The notes below the pieces were generated by a model that saw only the letters and a program-made list of their open reading frames with translations, made no database searches and was not told the DNA's origin. A DNA stretch of 26,028 bases, from assembly GCA_000165425.1 (NCBI GenBank), contig CT868013.1, positions 248,001-274,028 on the forward strand, in the 5' to 3' direction. A program made the position numbers and the translations under genes. Positions 22,732-26,028 of the stretch are shown here, in pieces (position 1 is the first letter of the stretch; each line of letters starts with the position of its first letter). The DNA comes from Paramecium tetraurelia. Lineage: Eukaryota.

Positions 22732-24700
22732 TATACTTTATATCGTTATCACTATATATAGTATTTTGACAACTTTCAAATATCTTAATAACTTTTACTT
22801 TACTTATTTTTTTATACATTACTACACTACTTAGAGTAACCATACATAAATTGAATTAATTCATTTATATTACAAATGACTTATTTACTATTTTGTTTCA
22901 GATGAATTCCTATTTGAAGAAAAATTGATTATGAATTAGAAATATTTAACCCACTAATGAAAAAAGTAAGAGTTAATTTAATTTCATAAAACTCAGTATA
23001 ATAATATTCATATAACCAATATCTCAAAAGGAAAAGTTGATTATAGTATCAAAATGATGTAGTTTATTTTGATTGAGAAAGATCTCTATATGAATTGTTT
23101 TTTCTAACATTGATTTTTTTAGTTATTTTATTCTGTTTATTTCACTCAGATATATCTGCAATAGAATAAAAAGAAAATAAAGCCCTCAAAGATAGAAGAA
23201 AATTTCTTTTGAGTTAAGTTTATAGAATATAACAAAATAATGATAAATATTTGATCAAATTAATATCAAATTATCAATAAACGTAATTAATTATTATTTT
23301 TGAATCTGTTAAATAACACTAAGATTTAAAAAGTTGTATTTTAAGTTGTCCTTTCTATGAAATCATTGGGATTTCAAAATGGTATTAGATATAAAATTGT
23401 TAAAAATGACCTTTATTAAAAATAACAATAACTTCAAATCCTAGTTTAAAATTAAGATGATATAAGGAATTATTATTATAAATTATCATAAAATAATTCT
23501 TTAATGAATTAATATTTAATTGTTTGAAGGTAGATATTATTGATGAATTTAAATAAAATGAAAATATATTCAGGGTAACATTAATAAAATAAAACTACTA
23601 TTTAAGATAAGATGTTTATATAATTTTCAAAAATAATAAGTCATGTGTACTTGTTAGACTTGGAGATTATATTTTCAATCAAAAAAAATATTAATTAAAT
23701 TAGATTTTTCAAATTATTTGAAAAGGAGAGTTTTACAGGCAAAATATTTTTAAATTGAAATATTCGCAAAGGAACATTCAACTGTCAACTATGAAATCAA
23801 TAAGTTATTTTAATTATTTTAACTTATTTTCTAACAAATTAAAATATCATTCATGTCTCTTATTTCTCTAAACTTAATTTAATATTAAATATACAAAATT
23901 GCATTAATTAAAATATTCTCATTAGATAATCTTTAGAGTGCAACATGTATCTCTTAATCAAATTTAATTCCTACTCTGTTCAAAAATAATCTAACACTTC
24001 TCTTTGAATTGATTATTCCTTATGAACTGAAGCATTATCTATCATTACGCCTAAGGCATCAGTAAGTTTTCTCCATCTCCCCAATTATGTATATTCTTTA
24101 TTTAAATTTGTTCTGCCTATTTTAAAACTTTGTTTCTGTTATTGTCATAGTCTTAAATACATGTTCATTTTTGATACGACGATTATAAAATTTTTTGATG
24201 ACTTTTTTAAAATCTGTTTAATGTGAAATAATTTTAGAAAATGGGATTTCGGTTTTGATTTTAACCAACTTGAGTTCAGCTTTATAAAGTTTAAAGTTGG
24301 AATTTTTTATTAAATAAACAGAATTGTATCTTCTAACGACAATGAATGATTCCACACCCTAAACTACTTCAAACTTAATTATAAAGTAAAAGATCATTAT
24401 AATTTAAAGACCCTCCATTAAAATAATGATCACTTTATAAAATCTCTTAATATAATCATTTATACTTGTATCTATTGAATTGATTTTGTTCAAAATTTCT
24501 ATTATCATGCATTAATTTCATTTGAAATTCTTAAATTTAGAATAATTATAAAAATTTGTTAATAATAAATTAATAAAAAAAAGTTTTATATCAATTACTC
24601 ATGCGATACTAATTTCAAAGTTTATTAACTTCTAAAATATTTTAATTTAATTTTTAACTACATTTGAAATCCGAAACAAAATTCTTGATTAAAACAAATA

Positions 24701-25560
24701 ATGAAAGTAAATAAAATAAAAAAGTTGATATATATTCAAGACGTCAATGTTGCTATTGGATCAATGGATTCTGCATATTTTGGAATTTTAATAACAAAGT
24801 TATCATATGCAGAAACCAAGTATTTTGATAATCACAACAGAATATCTATTCAAATTTATGACTCATTAGGTCTTAAGGAACAAACAATCTGAAGTTAAAA
24901 TAGGTTAGTTGTTTTAAAAAGTTACAACTGTAAAATTGTTTGAATACCTAAAAAACCATGGGGATTGAAGAACAGCATTTTTCAGATAAAGTATGGATGA
25001 CAAATGTGTTATATTCTTTAAAGAGTAATCATCCAAAATTTACAAGCTATATGACAGAATGTATATCAGTACTTACTTTAGAGGACATAAGGTATGAATT
25101 ATCTAATGGATTATTCAATCTTTTAACACCTCTCATGGTCCTTCTTGTTATGAAAGAAGCTTTTAAAGGTCAAAAGAATAATAGAGTGCATTCAGATTGT
25201 AAAGAGTGAAAAATGTTAAAGTAGAAGAAACAATATTTATGAAATATTATGCGATAAAAACTGTAAATCAACTATTCTCATTTGATATTAACTTAATCAG
25301 AGTAATGTGATTGACATAAATGTTGAAATTGTTGTATGTGAGTATTTTAATATTACAATAATAGTTTAACCTCTATTATTAGACCTAGATAATAGATTTA
25401 AGTTTTGAAAATTTTAAAAAACACAAGAGTTAAAAGACTTTTTATGTCTATTACTTTCCTTTTAAAATAAATAGGAGAAGAAAAACTTATTAGAAATAAC
25501 TTTAATAAAAATAAAGTTAAGCATTCAATAAATATAGTAAGGAAATTTTTGATTGGTTGT
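24701..25560 (+). pseudogene. Degenerate coding remnant of unknown family
   Basis: Successive protein-like fragments (24701-24892, 24958-25209 and beyond) separated by TGA codons or frame changes. Confidence 0.35.
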
Positions 25561-26028
25561 AATGAAAGTTAGAACAAATGAAATGAATGAAAAGATGTTG
25601 TATAATTTTTCAAATAAAATGATTTTTTTATAAGCTTTAAATTTTGTTCATTACCTTTCATTAGTAAAGATCAATCGTAAAATAATTATAAAAATAAAAA
25701 TACAAATGTAAATATATTTTTCTGAATAAAATTTTTTTTTCGTGTAATTTGTTTTAATAAATATGAATTCTATGGTCATCTAAATATTAAGAACATTTTA
25801 GTAATTTTATCATAATGTCATAGCAGAAAAAGAAAAACAAAGAATATTATTAATTTGTGATGTGTAAAAAGCTGTTACAAGAATTATTAATTTTTTAATG
25901 GCAATATCAGGATAATTACATTTTACTTTTTTTTGGGCTATGTATTTTCGTGTTATTAATAATGAACTTTTTCTTCATCAGTATTAGAAGAAAAAAAGAA
26001 TCCATTTTATATTTAATTTGCATTAATC

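Noticed and set aside
22876..23300. Several in-frame TGA codons that might be read as Trp (mitochondrial insertion or alternative code)
   Set aside because: The same frame contains TAA, no homologous motif supports Trp, and TGA terminates every recognisable gene in the window. Decay is the simpler explanation.
23980..24070. Minus-strand LGVMIDNASVHK, resembling the DNAxxH motif of IS630/Tc1 DDE transposases
   Set aside because: No downstream PxYSPDLNPIE-like motif, no first Asp block and no inverted repeats were seen, and the frame is closed by TGA on both sides.

Overview
AT-rich eukaryotic DNA from a ciliate, most likely a Paramecium macronuclear scaffold, with three N gaps. Genes use the ciliate nuclear code (TAA/TAG = Gln, TGA = stop) and have tiny 21-34 nt GT-AG introns, so the supplied ORF track is mostly fragments. 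Re-translating by hand gives a compact gene array: a 2-TM membrane protein, a GSK3-like kinase, an ANKRD13-family protein, a broken PEX11-like gene, a coiled-coil protein with a CHORD-like Zn domain, a type I membrane protein, a TBC RabGAP, a large hypothetical protein, a disrupted bacterial-type alanine/broad-spectrum amino-acid racemase, a secreted discoidin-like protein, and a B-box-like plus MORN-like repeat gene with two introns per repeat unit. The last ~4 kb is degenerate. The most notable item is the bacterial-type racemase written in ciliate code. All family calls come from motif recognition, and no database search was run.
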